64,000 bases of DNA, from positions 249 through 64,248 of the forward strand of contig JAUSHX010000028.1 of NCBI GenBank assembly GCA_030648265.1. Direction: 5' to 3'. Both the position numbers and the translations under genes were made by a program. The stretch is from a bacterium (lineage in GTDB: Bacteria; Patescibacteriota; Minisyncoccia; Phycocordibacterales; UBA2100). Below are positions 48,161-58,238 of this stretch, one piece after another. The notes below the pieces were generated by a model that ran no database searches, had not been told where the DNA came from, and was given only the letters and a program-made list of their open reading frames with translations. Within the stretch, counting starts at the first letter, position 1. Each line of letters begins with the position of its first letter.

Positions 48161-50524
48161 ATGGAAAACAGCATATCAAAGCTAGATCGGATTGCACAGT
48201 GGTGCATGGTGCTTCTCATCGGACTTCTTCCGATTTTCTTCATACCTATACTATGGATAACAACCGTACAAGTTAAAGCATTTCTTGTCGCGGTTCTTCT
48301 TATAATCGCGACGGTGACGTGGGCCATCGCGCGGTTCAAAGAGGGCAGCATAAGAGTGCCCAATAATTTAATTCTTGCGGCGGGACTCCTCATGCCGCTT
48401 GTGTACGCAATTTCGGTTGCGATATCAGGCTTGAGCCAGGTCTCTCTGGTCGGTACCGGAGTTGAACAGGACACCCTTGCGTTCACATGTATCTTGTATG
48501 CGGCCCTCGTTCTATCCGCTCTTATATTCTCCGGCCCGCCTGCGGAGGCCCCCGCCTACGCCGAAGCTTCGGCGGGCAGGTCGGCGCAAGCAGGCGCATC
48601 ACGCAAAAGCATTACGGCAATACGGGGTCTTTTTGTCGGCGGCTTTGCGCTCATCTTTCTTGAGATTGTTCATTTTGTGTTTCCAGGTTTGAGTTTGGGC
48701 GGCGTTCTTGCCGGACAAACAGGAAATGCGTTTGGCAACTGGAATGAATTTGCGATTTTGCTGGGACTTTTCGTTGTTCTTGGAATTGCCCTTAGGCATA
48801 CCGAGGTAGCCCAAGGAAAGTGGAAATACCTTCTTGACGCGGTAGCTCTGATATCCGCACTTCTTTTGATTATCGCGAATTTCTTTGATGTGTGGACGGC
48901 GGTAGGAATTGCAGGCCTTATCGCGCTTCTCGTGCAACATTTCGCATCGCGAGCGCAATCAGGAGATTCCGCCCCTCAACTGGGCACAAAACGTGTTTGG
49001 ATAACCCTTGTTATCATCGCACTTTTCTTTATGCTCTTTGGCGCTTTGGTAAACAACGTACTGTCTGCGCGAATACGTGTGGCGAATATAGAAGCGCGTC
49101 CCTCGCTCCAGGGAACGATTGCAATCGGGCAACAGGCTCTCACACAGCCGGCGTCTCTCTTCTTCGGCGTTGGTCCGAATACGTTCAGTCATGAGTGGGG
49201 ACTCTATAAACCAACGACCATAAATCAATCCGCCTATTGGAATACAGACTTTACCTCCGGAGTCGGAACCATTCCGACGTCGTTCGTAACGACCGGAATT
49301 TTCGGCATCATTGCATGGATTTTGTTCGCCATCGCGCTCGTATTGACTGTTATACGCGCGCTTGTGCGATATGGAAAAGGGGAACAGGGGAATCTCTATG
49401 CCTCCTCTTTTGGCATCGCTTCGGTTTTCTTGCTCTCATTCTACTTGCTCTATGTTCCAGGGCCCGCGCTAAGTACACTTGTATTTCTCTGTATAGGATT
49501 GCTCGTGGCGTTTTCTGCACAGGCGGGGTTCACCGGCACGCATAACGTTATTTTACGCGGGAACGGATGGAAGGGCATGGCTTCAGTAGCCGGGCTGGTG
49601 TTCTTTGCAGTTGTGACGGTGGTATCTTCCATAGGCATATCGCGCGTACTTTTGGCAGAAATGATTTTAAACCGTGGAGTTGTCACGTATAATAATACGC
49701 AGGACATAGGAGCCGCCACTGGTTATATCTCGTCCTCGCTCGCCGTATATCCATCAAATGCCAGAGCGCATCGTGTTGGAATTCAGCTCGGTCTTGCCCA
49801 GTTACAACAGTTGATAGCCAAAGCTGACCCGAAGGATGAAAAAGCACGCGCGGAATTGCAGGATGTTTTGAAACAGACCATCCAGCACGGCCTAGATGCG
49901 GTCGCAATAAACGGGACTGATTATCAGAATTGGCTTGAACTGGCCGGGCTTTATCAGCAACTTGCCGGTGTGAAGGTGGCTGGTGCGTTTGAAAATGCAC
50001 GCGCCGCCTACGAGCGTGCTCGCAAGGAAAATCCATTGAGTCCTCTGCCGCTCCTGCAATTGGCACAGCTTGAGGTTATTCAGGGCAACACCGATGTTGC
50101 ACTGCAGGATCTTGCTGCCGCAGTTCAGCTGAAACCCGACCTTGCCGCCGCCTATTACATGGCGTCGCAGATTTACGCCTCCAAGAAGGACTTTAAAAAT
50201 GCGATTCCCGCAGCCACGCAGGCGGCACAATATGGGCAGAATGATCCTTTGGGTTGGTACAACCTTGGGGCGATTTCCTATGCCGGAACTGATTACACAA
50301 CTGCCGCCGCTGCGGAAGAGCGGGCACTCACACTGAATTCGCAGTACGCCAACGCAATGTATATTCTTGGTCTCTCGTACTATGAACTTAAGCGTCCGGA
50401 CGATTCGTTAAAAGTATTTAACGCGCTTAACCAGCTTTCTCCCGGTCAGCAAGTGGTCGCGGATATTCTCGCGAACCTGAACGCAGGTAAACCGCCGCTC
50501 TCAACGACATCTGCGGGCAGATAG
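48161..50524 (+). CDS. polytopic membrane protein, O-antigen-ligase (Wzy_C)-like core with C-terminal TPR repeats
   Basis: ~10 TM helices followed by TPR-like repeats (AAAYYMASQIY…YNLGAISY…); start chosen at ATG 48161. Confidence 0.5.
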   Translation: MENSISKLDRIAQWCMVLLIGLLPIFFIPILWITTVQVKAFLVAVLLIIATVTWAIARFKEGSIRVPNNLILAAGLLMPLVYAISVAISGLSQVSLVGTGVEQDTLAFTCILYAALVLSALIFSGPPAEAPAYAEASAGRSAQAGASRKSITAIRGLFVGGFALIFLEIVHFVFPGLSLGGVLAGQTGNAFGNWNEFAILLGLFVVLGIALRHTEVAQGKWKYLLDAVALISALLLIIANFFDVWTAVGIAGLIALLVQHFASRAQSGDSAPQLGTKRVWITLVIIALFFMLFGALVNNVLSARIRVANIEARPSLQGTIAIGQQALTQPASLFFGVGPNTFSHEWGLYKPTTINQSAYWNTDFTSGVGTIPTSFVTTGIFGIIAWILFAIALVLTVIRALVRYGKGEQGNLYASSFGIASVFLLSFYLLYVPGPALSTLVFLCIGLLVAFSAQAGFTGTHNVILRGNGWKGMASVAGLVFFAVVTVVSSIGISRVLLAEMILNRGVVTYNNTQDIGAATGYISSSLAVYPSNARAHRVGIQLGLAQLQQLIAKADPKDEKARAELQDVLKQTIQHGLDAVAINGTDYQNWLELAGLYQQLAGVKVAGAFENARAAYERARKENPLSPLPLLQLAQLEVIQGNTDVALQDLAAAVQLKPDLAAAYYMASQIYASKKDFKNAIPAATQAAQYGQNDPLGWYNLGAISYAGTDYTTAAAAEERALTLNSQYANAMYILGLSYYELKRPDDSLKVFNALNQLSPGQQVVADILANLNAGKPPLSTTSAGR

Positions 50525-50533
50525 TGTGCGGGT

Positions 50534-52237
50534 ATGATGAATCGCGTACTACGACGGCTCCTCTCTTTTGAGGTGCGCGGAATTCAATCTGCCGTGTACG
50601 TGCTGGCCGCGTTTGCATTATTGTCCTCTCTTCTTGCGCTTTTTCGCGACCGGCTCTTGGCGGGTGAATTTGGAGCGGGTACCGAACTGGACCTCTATTA
50701 TGCGGCGTTTCGAATACCCGACTTCGTCTTTGTGGCATTGGGAGCACTTGTCTCGGTGTATGTTCTTATTCCGGAGCTTGCGCGCCGCGACACAAGTGCA
50801 CAAAGAAATTACATAGACACCGTGGTTTTAGGATTCTCGGCTCTCGCGATTTGCGCAGGCTCTGTCACGGCGCTTTTTGCACCGCGATTGCTGTCATATC
50901 TTTTTCCACAATTTGTTGAAGCAGGATTTCTGCCTGTCCTTGTTTCACTGACCCGCATAATGCTGCTTCAGCCCATTTTGCTTGGATTCTCCAACATCTT
51001 TGCCGCAATTACGCAGACAAAATACAGATACATGCTCTACGCGTCATCACCATTATTCTATAACTTCGGAATAATTCTTGGAATTGTTGTTTTATATCCC
51101 ATATGGGGCATGCCCGGCCTTGCATGGGGAGTTGTTATAGGTGCCTCACTTCATGCCGGCATACAAATTCCCTCAATTATAAGTGACGGATTTTTCAGGA
51201 AATTACCGCGCCTTGGAGATATCCGTGTGCTGTTTCGTACGGCGGCAGTGTCCGTGCCGCGCGCCCTCGCCTTGTCTATGAATCAGGTGACGTTCATCGG
51301 CCTTACCGCACTCGCAGGCACGCTCGCAGTCGGTTCAATATCCGTATTCATGTTTGCTTTTAATCTCTACAGCGTGCCTCTCGCTATAATCGGCGCATCG
51401 TACTCCGTCGCAGCGTTTCCGGTACTCGCACTTTCCCTGGCAAAAGGCAGGCAATCGGAATTTATAGAAAATATTGCAAATGCCGCACGGCACATATTTT
51501 TCTGGTCATTGCCGGCCACTGCTCTCATTATAGTATTGCGCGCGCATATCGTCCGGGTTGTTTTGGGAAGCGGCTCTTTTGACTGGACAGACACGCGCCT
51601 TACGGCCGCATCGCTCGCGGTGCTCTCGCTTGCGCTCGTCGGGCAGGGTCTCATGCTGCTCTTGGTGCGCGGATATTACGCCGCAGGGCGGACTTTTACG
51701 CCGTTTCTTGTGTCATGCGGCATTGCTTTGGGCACAATCGGATTGGGCGCAATTCTCATCCGCATTATGGAGAATGCGGCGACCCTTTCCTTCATTCAGG
51801 TGCTGTTGCGCGTGGAAGATATACAGGGAAGCAACATGCTCGCGCTTGCAATCGCCTACGCTCTCTCAACGCTTATAGGCACGGCGTTTCTGGCGGTTTA
51901 TTTTGAACTCCGTTTCAGGGGCTTTTTTACACGCATCGGAAGGTCTTTTGCAGAAGGAACGGTGGCGGCATTCACCGGAGGGGTATCTGCATACGCGACG
52001 CTTGCAATAATAGGCCCGCTTACGCTCTCCTCCACGTTAGCGTCCGTTTTAATCAAAGGATTTGTAGCGGGTGCGGCGGGAATTATAGTTGCGGGGCTCG
52101 TATATGCGTTTCTGGGAAACCGCGAATTTTTAGAGACAGTTGCGGAAATTCGCGGGAGGTTGTGGCGCGGCTTTATAAAGGAAGAGGGCGGTACGGAGAT
52201 TGTTGTGTCGGCGGAGGAAGCGGCGGAACTTAAGTAG
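50534..52237 (+). CDS. murJ: lipid II flippase MurJ (MviN family)
   Basis: 567 aa, 14-TM MOP-family pattern, conserved Arg-rich N-terminal helices. Confidence 0.75.
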   Translation: MMNRVLRRLLSFEVRGIQSAVYVLAAFALLSSLLALFRDRLLAGEFGAGTELDLYYAAFRIPDFVFVALGALVSVYVLIPELARRDTSAQRNYIDTVVLGFSALAICAGSVTALFAPRLLSYLFPQFVEAGFLPVLVSLTRIMLLQPILLGFSNIFAAITQTKYRYMLYASSPLFYNFGIILGIVVLYPIWGMPGLAWGVVIGASLHAGIQIPSIISDGFFRKLPRLGDIRVLFRTAAVSVPRALALSMNQVTFIGLTALAGTLAVGSISVFMFAFNLYSVPLAIIGASYSVAAFPVLALSLAKGRQSEFIENIANAARHIFFWSLPATALIIVLRAHIVRVVLGSGSFDWTDTRLTAASLAVLSLALVGQGLMLLLVRGYYAAGRTFTPFLVSCGIALGTIGLGAILIRIMENAATLSFIQVLLRVEDIQGSNMLALAIAYALSTLIGTAFLAVYFELRFRGFFTRIGRSFAEGTVAAFTGGVSAYATLAIIGPLTLSSTLASVLIKGFVAGAAGIIVAGLVYAFLGNREFLETVAEIRGRLWRGFIKEEGGTEIVVSAEEAAELK

Positions 52238-52245
52238 GGGGGAAC

Positions 52246-52337
52246 GGTTCACAGTCTACAGTTTACAGTGCACAGAAAGTCGTTAGAAATTTCGGTTTGT
52301 GATTTTCTCTGTCAACTGTAAACTGTCCACTGTCTAC
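52246..52337 (+). repeat. two inverted heptanucleotide arrays (cagtcta cagttta cagtgca / tgtcaac tgtaaac tgtccac tgtctac) upstream of lepA
   Basis: Same tgtNNac family and the same inverted arrangement as at 15673–15753. Confidence 0.9.
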
Positions 52338-52357
52338 TAACGGCACCATTGACCACT

Positions 52358-54142
52358 ATGTCCTCCAACATACGAAACTTCAGTATCATTGCCCACATAG
52401 ACCATGGCAAGAGTACCTTGGCGGACCGTATGCTTGAGATGACGGGTACCATAGAGGCGCGGGATATGCAGGAGCAGGTTCTAGACAGAATGGACCTGGA
52501 ACGCGAACGCGGAATCACCATAAAAATGGCCCCCGTCCGCATGAACTACACGCTAAACGCTACTCGCTATACGCTCAATCTAATTGACACTCCCGGCCAC
52601 GTAGATTTTGCCTATGAAGTATCGCGCGCGCTATCCGCCGTGGAGGGAGTCATTCTTCTTGTAGATTCCACGCAGGGCGTAGAGGCGCAGACACTTTCGG
52701 TTCTCGGAGTTGCAAAGAGTCTTGGGCTCGTCATCATTCCCGTAGTTTCCAAGATAGATTCGCCGAACGCGAGAATCGCGGACATTACAAGCGAACTTGC
52801 CCTATTGCTCGGGTGCCCCGAGTCGGATGTTCTTCCTGCTTCCGGGAAAACGGGAGATGGCGTGAAAGAGATATTGAATGCTGTCGTTGCAAGGATCCCG
52901 GCTCCGAAAGCTTCCGGCGGTAATCTGCAGGCGCTTGTGTTTGATTTCGGATATTCCGACCACCGCGGCGTCATCGTGTACGCGCGTATATTCGGCGGAC
53001 ACATCGCAAAGGGTGACAACCTGCGTCTGGTCGCCGCTCACGCCGATTTTATTGCTCTTGAGGTGGGAGTGATGAAGCCTGGCGAAACCCCGGTGGATAC
53101 CCTGAACGAAGGGGAAATCGGCTACATTGTTACAGGCATCAAGAAGCCCGGGCTGGCGTCTGTCGGCGATACCGTGACGACAGTACGCAATCCGGCACCC
53201 GCGCTACACGGGTATCGCTCACCCGCGCCGGTTATTTGGGCGAGCGTATATCCGGAGAATCAGGACAACTTGGTGCTTCTCCGTCAATCGCTTGCGCGCC
53301 TGCATCTGTCGGATTCATCGCTCTCGTATGAGGAAGAATCGTCCGGTGTTATGGGGAAAGGCTTCCGGTGCGGATTCCTTGGCATGCTTCACTTGGAGAT
53401 TATTATTGAGCGCCTGCGGCGCGAATTTGCGCTTAATCTTGTGGTGACGATGCCGACGACGGTGTATGAAGTAACGTACCAAAACGGAAAAGTTGAAGAG
53501 ATTTATGCGCCCGCCCGACTGCCCGACGATGGCACCGCAAAGCGCCTGCGCGAGCAGTGGTCGGAAGTTTCCGTCATATCTCCGCCGGAGTACCTCGGCG
53601 TCATTTCACAGTTGCTCTATGATCACGAAGCGATAATAGGGGATACGGAAACATTGCCCGACGGCAAGGCAAAACTCTCTTCGCAGATGCCTCTGCGCGA
53701 ACTCATGCGGGGGTTCTTTGATAAGTTGAAGAGCGTCTCATCGGGTTTTGCGTCGCTCTCCTATGAAATAATCGGCCTGCGCGATGCGGATGTGGTGCGT
53801 CTTGATGTGCTCGTCGCGGAGGAAATTATGCCGGCATTTTCTAGAATTGTCAGCCGCAGGCGCGTGCGGACTGAAGCTGAAGCGATTGTAGAAAAATTGG
53901 AAAAGATTTTACCCCGCCAGCAGTTCGTTTTAAAAATTCAGGCAAAAGCGATGGGAAATATCATAGCAGCTCGCCGTGTCTCTGCCCTGCGCAAAGATGT
54001 AACTGGCTATCTCTACGGCGGAGACATCACCCGAAAAATGAAACTATTGGAGAAACAGAAGAGGGGAAAGAAGAAAATGCTCGCGCGCGGGAAAGTTGAT
54101 ATCCCGCACGATGTTTTCTTGAAGGTCATTCGTGATAGCTAG
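52358..54142 (+). CDS. lepA: elongation factor 4 (LepA)
   Basis: G-domain AHIDHGKST, DTPGHVDF; the ORF track starts at TTG 52349, the first ATG is 52358. Confidence 0.95.
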   Translation: MSSNIRNFSIIAHIDHGKSTLADRMLEMTGTIEARDMQEQVLDRMDLERERGITIKMAPVRMNYTLNATRYTLNLIDTPGHVDFAYEVSRALSAVEGVILLVDSTQGVEAQTLSVLGVAKSLGLVIIPVVSKIDSPNARIADITSELALLLGCPESDVLPASGKTGDGVKEILNAVVARIPAPKASGGNLQALVFDFGYSDHRGVIVYARIFGGHIAKGDNLRLVAAHADFIALEVGVMKPGETPVDTLNEGEIGYIVTGIKKPGLASVGDTVTTVRNPAPALHGYRSPAPVIWASVYPENQDNLVLLRQSLARLHLSDSSLSYEEESSGVMGKGFRCGFLGMLHLEIIIERLRREFALNLVVTMPTTVYEVTYQNGKVEEIYAPARLPDDGTAKRLREQWSEVSVISPPEYLGVISQLLYDHEAIIGDTETLPDGKAKLSSQMPLRELMRGFFDKLKSVSSGFASLSYEIIGLRDADVVRLDVLVAEEIMPAFSRIVSRRRVRTEAEAIVEKLEKILPRQQFVLKIQAKAMGNIIAARRVSALRKDVTGYLYGGDITRKMKLLEKQKRGKKKMLARGKVDIPHDVFLKVIRDS

Positions 54143-54251
54143 AAATCACCTGTATTTGAGCCATTTATCAAAGTTTGACATAGATTGCAACGCCATGAGC
54201 AGGAAGCAAATGTTCCTGTCTGGGTGGCGTTGTTCTTAACAGGAGACGAAG

Positions 54252-54437
54252 ATGGCCCACAAGCCTGAGCTAGAGAGAAAAATGTCCGAATTCATCCGCA
54301 GAGTGGATGACAGGGCAGTGATTTTTTCTCGGCAAATTGATGATGCTGCGAGAGCCCTCGGGATTGAATCCGTTGAACTCAAGCGAATCGTCAAACCGTT
54401 GCTGCAAGCACTGTTGGATAAACACCTCGGTGAATAA
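54252..54437 (+). CDS. small hypothetical protein
   Basis: 61 aa; SD AGGAGA 7 nt upstream. Confidence 0.4.
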   Translation: MAHKPELERKMSEFIRRVDDRAVIFSRQIDDAARALGIESVELKRIVKPLLQALLDKHLGE

Positions 54438-54623
54438 CAGCAGGCAATCGTAGAGACCTGGCAGGGTCTAAATCTTCCCGACTGTTTATGGTTCCGTCGT
54501 TAATTGAACCTGTCTTTTTCCAATCACACTATTGGAAAAACAAGTTTTCATTTCTAAAACTCAATTTTAGAAATGAGAACTAACCGGTAGCGCCTATGCG
54601 TTGCCGGTTTTCTCTTTTTAATT

Positions 54624-54758
54624 TTAATAGTTTCCCGAAAGCATGGCAACAAGCCCCGGTGCGAAGAACAGCACCATACTGATGATAACGAGGACGGCCA
54701 CGACGCCCCAAAAATACTTGAGGGCTTTTTTCGTGTTGCGGTGGAAAAGGAAAGACAT
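54624..54758 (-). CDS. small hydrophobic protein (44 aa) directly downstream of a minus-strand copy of the pre-ATG hairpin module
   Basis: MSFLFHRNTKKALKYFWGVVAVLVIISMVLFFAPGLVAMLSGNY; below the ORF-track size cut-off. Confidence 0.4.
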   Translation of the reverse strand: MSFLFHRNTKKALKYFWGVVAVLVIISMVLFFAPGLVAMLSGNY

Positions 54759-54759
54759 G

Positions 54760-54911
54760 TTAGATTTTGTTAGAGAATGAAATGAGCTTAGAAAATCTTA
54801 CACCCTGTTAAATGCGACTCCGTCGCCCCGCCTACGGCGGGATTTAACAGGGTCAAGAATCTGTAATTCGCTGCGCTCATAACAATATTCTAGATGCTAA
54901 GATTATAGCGT
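54760..54911. repeat. bidirectional composite element (copy E11): central hairpin ccctgttaaatgcgactccgtcgccccgcctacggcgggatttaacaggg flanked by outward-facing pre-ATG modules on both strands
   Basis: Minus-strand revcomp of 54759–54800 is tttaacagggtgtaagattttctaagctcatttcattctctaacaaaatctaac+ATG; plus-strand caagaatctgtaattcgctgcgctcataacaatattctag precedes ftsB-like gene. Confidence 0.8.
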
Positions 54912-55286
54912 ATGAGTACATTTGAGCAACGTCGGGACCCCCTGCACCTGTTCGGCAAACGTCTGTTTCTCGCCTTACTCGTCCTGCTTATTGCCGTGGC
55001 GATATCGGGGGTGTGGAAAGCCTATCGCAAAGAGCAGGAGTCCCTCTCACTCCGCCGGGAGGCGGAAGTTCAGCTTGCAGACCTCGCAAAGAGGAAAGCC
55101 CAACTGGAAACCGATATCTCAAAATTGAACACTCCACGCGGAATGGAAGACGCTCTGCGCGAGCAGTATCTTCTTGCAAGAAGTGGAGAGAATCTCATAA
55201 TAATTGTAGATTCTCCGACTCCAACGCCCATAGAAGCGACCTCATCAATGATGCAATGGTTCCAAAAGACGTTTTGGAGCTGGTAG
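54912..55286 (+). CDS. FtsB/DivIC-like septum formation initiator
   Basis: N-terminal TM, coiled-coil, C-terminal LLARSGENLIIIV motif. Confidence 0.6.
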   Translation: MSTFEQRRDPLHLFGKRLFLALLVLLIAVAISGVWKAYRKEQESLSLRREAEVQLADLAKRKAQLETDISKLNTPRGMEDALREQYLLARSGENLIIIVDSPTPTPIEATSSMMQWFQKTFWSW

Positions 55287-55409
55287 TCACTACTGATGTA
55301 TTCAAGATGGCCCGAGTCAAGGAGCTCCTAGCGTTTCCTTATAGGCTAATTCGCACGAATTGGCCTATAAGGATTTGTTGAGATAGTGAAATAATTACAA
55401 AACCTTTGT

Positions 55410-55483
55410 TGGTGCGGATACGGAGAATCGAACTCCGATCTAATGCTTGGGAAGCACTCGTTTTACCACTAAACTATATCCGC
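55410..55483 (-). tRNA. tRNA-Gly(CCC), CCA encoded
   Basis: GCGGATATAGTTTAGTGGTAAAACGAGTGCTTCCCAAGCATTAGATCGGAGTTCGATTCTCCGTATCCGCACCA; near-identical architecture to E. coli glyU. Confidence 0.85.
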
Positions 55484-55532
55484 AGGTATGGCATGAGAAT
55501 ACCCTATATTTTCCGATATAACAAAAACCGTT

Positions 55533-55886
55533 TCAGAGATATTTCTTTCCGTAAGCGCGCATTGCGTTGATTACTCCCCGCAGGGCGGCGCCTTTTTTGG
55601 TCAATGTATATTCCACACGCGGGGGCTCGCTCAATTCTTTTCGCCGTACCAACATCTCACCCTCAAGCAGTTTCAGTTTATTGGAAAGGGTGCGCGTGCT
55701 GATGCCCGAAAGGGAGTTCTGCAGGTCGCAAAATCGCCGCGGCTTCAGAAGCAGGTCGCGCAGAACAAGAAGGGAGCAGGAATCACCCAAAAGGTCCGCC
55801 ACGCGGGCGACGGGGCAGGAACTGCAGAGAGTTTTTCGCTGTTGCGCTGTCCGTAGCATCATGGTGTACAGTGTAGCATCCCGCAA
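55533..55886 (-). CDS. HxlR-family winged-helix transcriptional regulator
   Basis: CSSCPVARVADLLGDSCSLLVLRDLL…RVEYTLTKKG. Confidence 0.75.
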   Translation of the reverse strand: MRDATLYTMMLRTAQQRKTLCSSCPVARVADLLGDSCSLLVLRDLLLKPRRFCDLQNSLSGISTRTLSNKLKLLEGEMLVRRKELSEPPRVEYTLTKKGAALRGVINAMRAYGKKYL

Positions 55887-55948
55887 AACACTTTACAATG
55901 TAAAGCATCGGCTCTATAATGAACACATTAAAAATAACTATAAAACAC

Positions 55949-56545
55949 ATGACTGATGCAAATGTTCTGAAGGTCAAAATTATTCTGGGAAGCACGCGCC
56001 CAACTCGTTTTAGCGAATATGCGGGAGGTTGGATATTAGAACAAGCAAAGAAAATTACAGGGATTGAGCCCGAAATATTGGACTTGCGGGATTACGTGAT
56101 GCCGTTTTTCAACGAGCCGGTGAGTCCGTCGTACAAGCAAGAGCCGTATAAAAATGAAGCGGTCGCGCGCTTTACTTCAAAAATCGCGGAAGGGGACGCC
56201 TTTATCATTATTACGCCGGAGTACAATCACGCGACATCCGGAGTGCTCAAAAACGCGCTGGATTGGGTTTATCAGGAATGGAACAACAGGCCTGTTGGCT
56301 TTGTCGCATACGGCAGTGTTGGAGGAGCTCGCGCGGTTGAACAATTACGATTAGTAGCTGTTGAACTTCGAATGGTGCCCGTCAGAAATGCGGTTCATAT
56401 TAACTCGCACTGGATGCTTCTTGATGAGAAAGGCGTTCTCAAAACCGGTGCGCTTGATTCCTACCAAGGCGCAGCCGAGGGGTTACTGACCCAGTTGGTA
56501 TGGTGGGCAAAGGCGCTCCAAGCGGCACGCAGTACACAGGCCTAG
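55949..56545 (+). CDS. NAD(P)H-dependent FMN reductase family protein
   Basis: LKVKIILGSTRP…IIITPEYNHATSGVLKNALDW; the ORF ATG at 55919 overlaps a TTTACA-17-TATAAT promoter, so start 55949 is preferred. Confidence 0.75.
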   Translation: MTDANVLKVKIILGSTRPTRFSEYAGGWILEQAKKITGIEPEILDLRDYVMPFFNEPVSPSYKQEPYKNEAVARFTSKIAEGDAFIIITPEYNHATSGVLKNALDWVYQEWNNRPVGFVAYGSVGGARAVEQLRLVAVELRMVPVRNAVHINSHWMLLDEKGVLKTGALDSYQGAAEGLLTQLVWWAKALQAARSTQA

Positions 56546-56600
56546 ATTGATTATGGTATACTCTCAAAAATAATTATAAAGAAATAATTGATAGTACTGT

Positions 56601-56843
56601 ATGGCTGCACAAGCAAAGGTAACAATTTACTCAACGCCGACCTGTCATTTTTGCCACGCGGCAAAGGATTTCTTCACGGCAAATAATGTAAAGTTCACCG
56701 ATTACAATGTAGCAACAGACCTAGCCAAAAGGAAGGAAATGATTGAGAAAAGCGGGCAGATGGGCGTTCCTGTAATATACGTCGGCGATGAAGTGATAGT
56801 CGGCTTTGACGAGGCGCAGCTACGCACTCTACTGAAGGTTTAG
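56601..56843 (+). CDS. glutaredoxin-family protein (CHFC active site)
   Basis: VTIYSTPTCHFCHAAKDFF…GVPVIYVGDEVIVGFD. Confidence 0.85.
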   Translation: MAAQAKVTIYSTPTCHFCHAAKDFFTANNVKFTDYNVATDLAKRKEMIEKSGQMGVPVIYVGDEVIVGFDEAQLRTLLKV

Positions 56844-56864
56844 GTACCGGCGTTTTTTCCGCCA

Positions 56865-56900
56865 AGGGGCGCATATGCTAAAGTGCATATGCGCCCCCGT
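56865..56900 (+). terminator. terminator hairpin ggggcgcatatgc…gcatatgcgcccc
   Basis: 13-bp perfect stem after the glutaredoxin gene. Confidence 0.6.
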
Positions 56901-56955
56901 AGTTTCCTCCCAAGGAGGATCCGCCTTGGGCGGACAATGGGCACTGTACTTTTAA

Positions 56956-57027
56956 GCTCTCGTAGTTCAACGGATAGAACTTCGCACTCCTAACGCGAGA
57001 ATCCAAGTCCGACTCTTGGCGAGGGCA
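56956..57027 (+). tRNA. putative degenerate tRNA-Arg(CCU)-like sequence (no CCA; A31·C39 mismatch; T-loop TCCGACT)
   Basis: Hand-folded cloverleaf: acceptor GCTCTCG/CGAGGGC, D-arm GTTC-AACGGATA-GAAC, anticodon loop CTCCTAA, T-arm CCAAG-TCCGACT-CTTGG. Confidence 0.4.
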
Positions 57028-57180
57028 CATAGTGAATGCAATGAACGGCGTGCCCTCGCCAGGGGAAGGGGCCGGGAAACGGGAGTTTCCCGCGGAGGAA
57101 GGAATGGGAAAACCGTGGGTTTCCCAGGCGGCGAAGGGCACAGATGGTATAATGCGTTTGTGATAGAAGCAGACCGCCAA

Positions 57181-57471
57181 ATGCAGGAAGAAATCCTTCG
57201 CCTTGAAAAGGATAATAATCGCATGCTTCATAGCATGCGTCGCACCGCATTCTGGGGCGGCGTATTTAAGCTCATCCTATGGGCTGGCCTTATTGCGGCG
57301 CCAATCTGGCTCTATGCAACATACCTCGCGCCAATCGTTCAAAGTGTTCAGCAGACGGTGAATCAGGTTCAGAACACAGGCACAAATGCGCAGGCACAGG
57401 TGAACGGTTTTGGGGACGCGCTCCAGCAATTTGAAACAAAATTTATGTCCATGTTCCAGGGGAAGAAGTGA
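57181..57471 (+). CDS. small hypothetical membrane protein
   Basis: One TM helix (FWGGVFKLILWAGLIAAPIWLY); start at MQEEIL. Confidence 0.4.
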   Translation: MQEEILRLEKDNNRMLHSMRRTAFWGGVFKLILWAGLIAAPIWLYATYLAPIVQSVQQTVNQVQNTGTNAQAQVNGFGDALQQFETKFMSMFQGKK

Positions 57472-57505
57472 AAAATTAGTTCTAATATGGTAGATTGTCC
57501 AGACT

Positions 57506-57581
57506 GCTTGGGTAGCTCAGTTGGTAGAGCGCGGCCCTGAAGAGGCTGAGGTCCCCGGTTCGATCCCGGGCCCAAGCACCA
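57506..57581 (+). tRNA. tRNA-Phe(GAA), CCA encoded
   Basis: GCTTGGGTAGCTCAGTTGGTAGAGCGCGGCCCTGAAGAGGCTGAGGTCCCCGGTTCGATCCCGGGCCCAAGCACCA. Confidence 0.9.
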
Positions 57582-57586
57582 AAATT

Positions 57587-58168
57587 TCAGAACCCAAGCG
57601 TGTAGGTGAGAGCGCTTCCGTTTCCTTTTAGCCACTTTGAAGTGTCTAACTTTACTTCGCGCACTTTGCCCAGTTCGCTGTACCTTACGTGTCCGTTCGC
57701 CAGCGCGTAATCAAATAATTCTCGCGTAATCTCCACATCCTTCAGACAGTATTTCCGGACTTTATCAACTTCGCCTGCCCGCCACCATTTAAGCGATTGC
57801 GCGCCGTCTGCAGACTTCTTCTTTCCCAAAGTTCCGTCAGCAATCGCATCCAGCCGCAGACGGCGTCCCACGACGTCCTGAACTTCTTTCATGATGTCCA
57901 GGCTCCGTATGCGGGTCAAATCGCCCGGATAATATTTGTTGAGGAGGGGAATGTCAAAATGGTCGGAATTATAACCCACAAGAAGGTCGGTACGCTCCAG
58001 TATTTTCCACAGCTGCGGCAATTCCGGCTCAAGAAAGCTTTTGTACTCGCCGGTTTCGGAATCGTGAATACACACGAGTGCAATGGTGAGGTCCGCGGGT
58101 TGGGAGGTACCGACATCCGACATCCAGTTCGCCGTTTCAATGTCAAAAGTAATGATGCGCATGCTCAA
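57587..58168 (-). CDS. DEDD-family 3'-5' exonuclease (DnaQ-like fold)
   Basis: Exo I ITFDIETAN, Exo II YNSDHFDIPLL, Exo III YCLKDVEITRELF. Confidence 0.75.
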   Translation of the reverse strand: MSMRIITFDIETANWMSDVGTSQPADLTIALVCIHDSETGEYKSFLEPELPQLWKILERTDLLVGYNSDHFDIPLLNKYYPGDLTRIRSLDIMKEVQDVVGRRLRLDAIADGTLGKKKSADGAQSLKWWRAGEVDKVRKYCLKDVEITRELFDYALANGHVRYSELGKVREVKLDTSKWLKGNGSALTYTLGF

Positions 58169-58238
58169 GGTGACAGGTGTCAGGTGATAGGTTATAGAAG
58201 ATCCTTATAATTTGCGTTGTGCCTGGCACCTGAAACCT

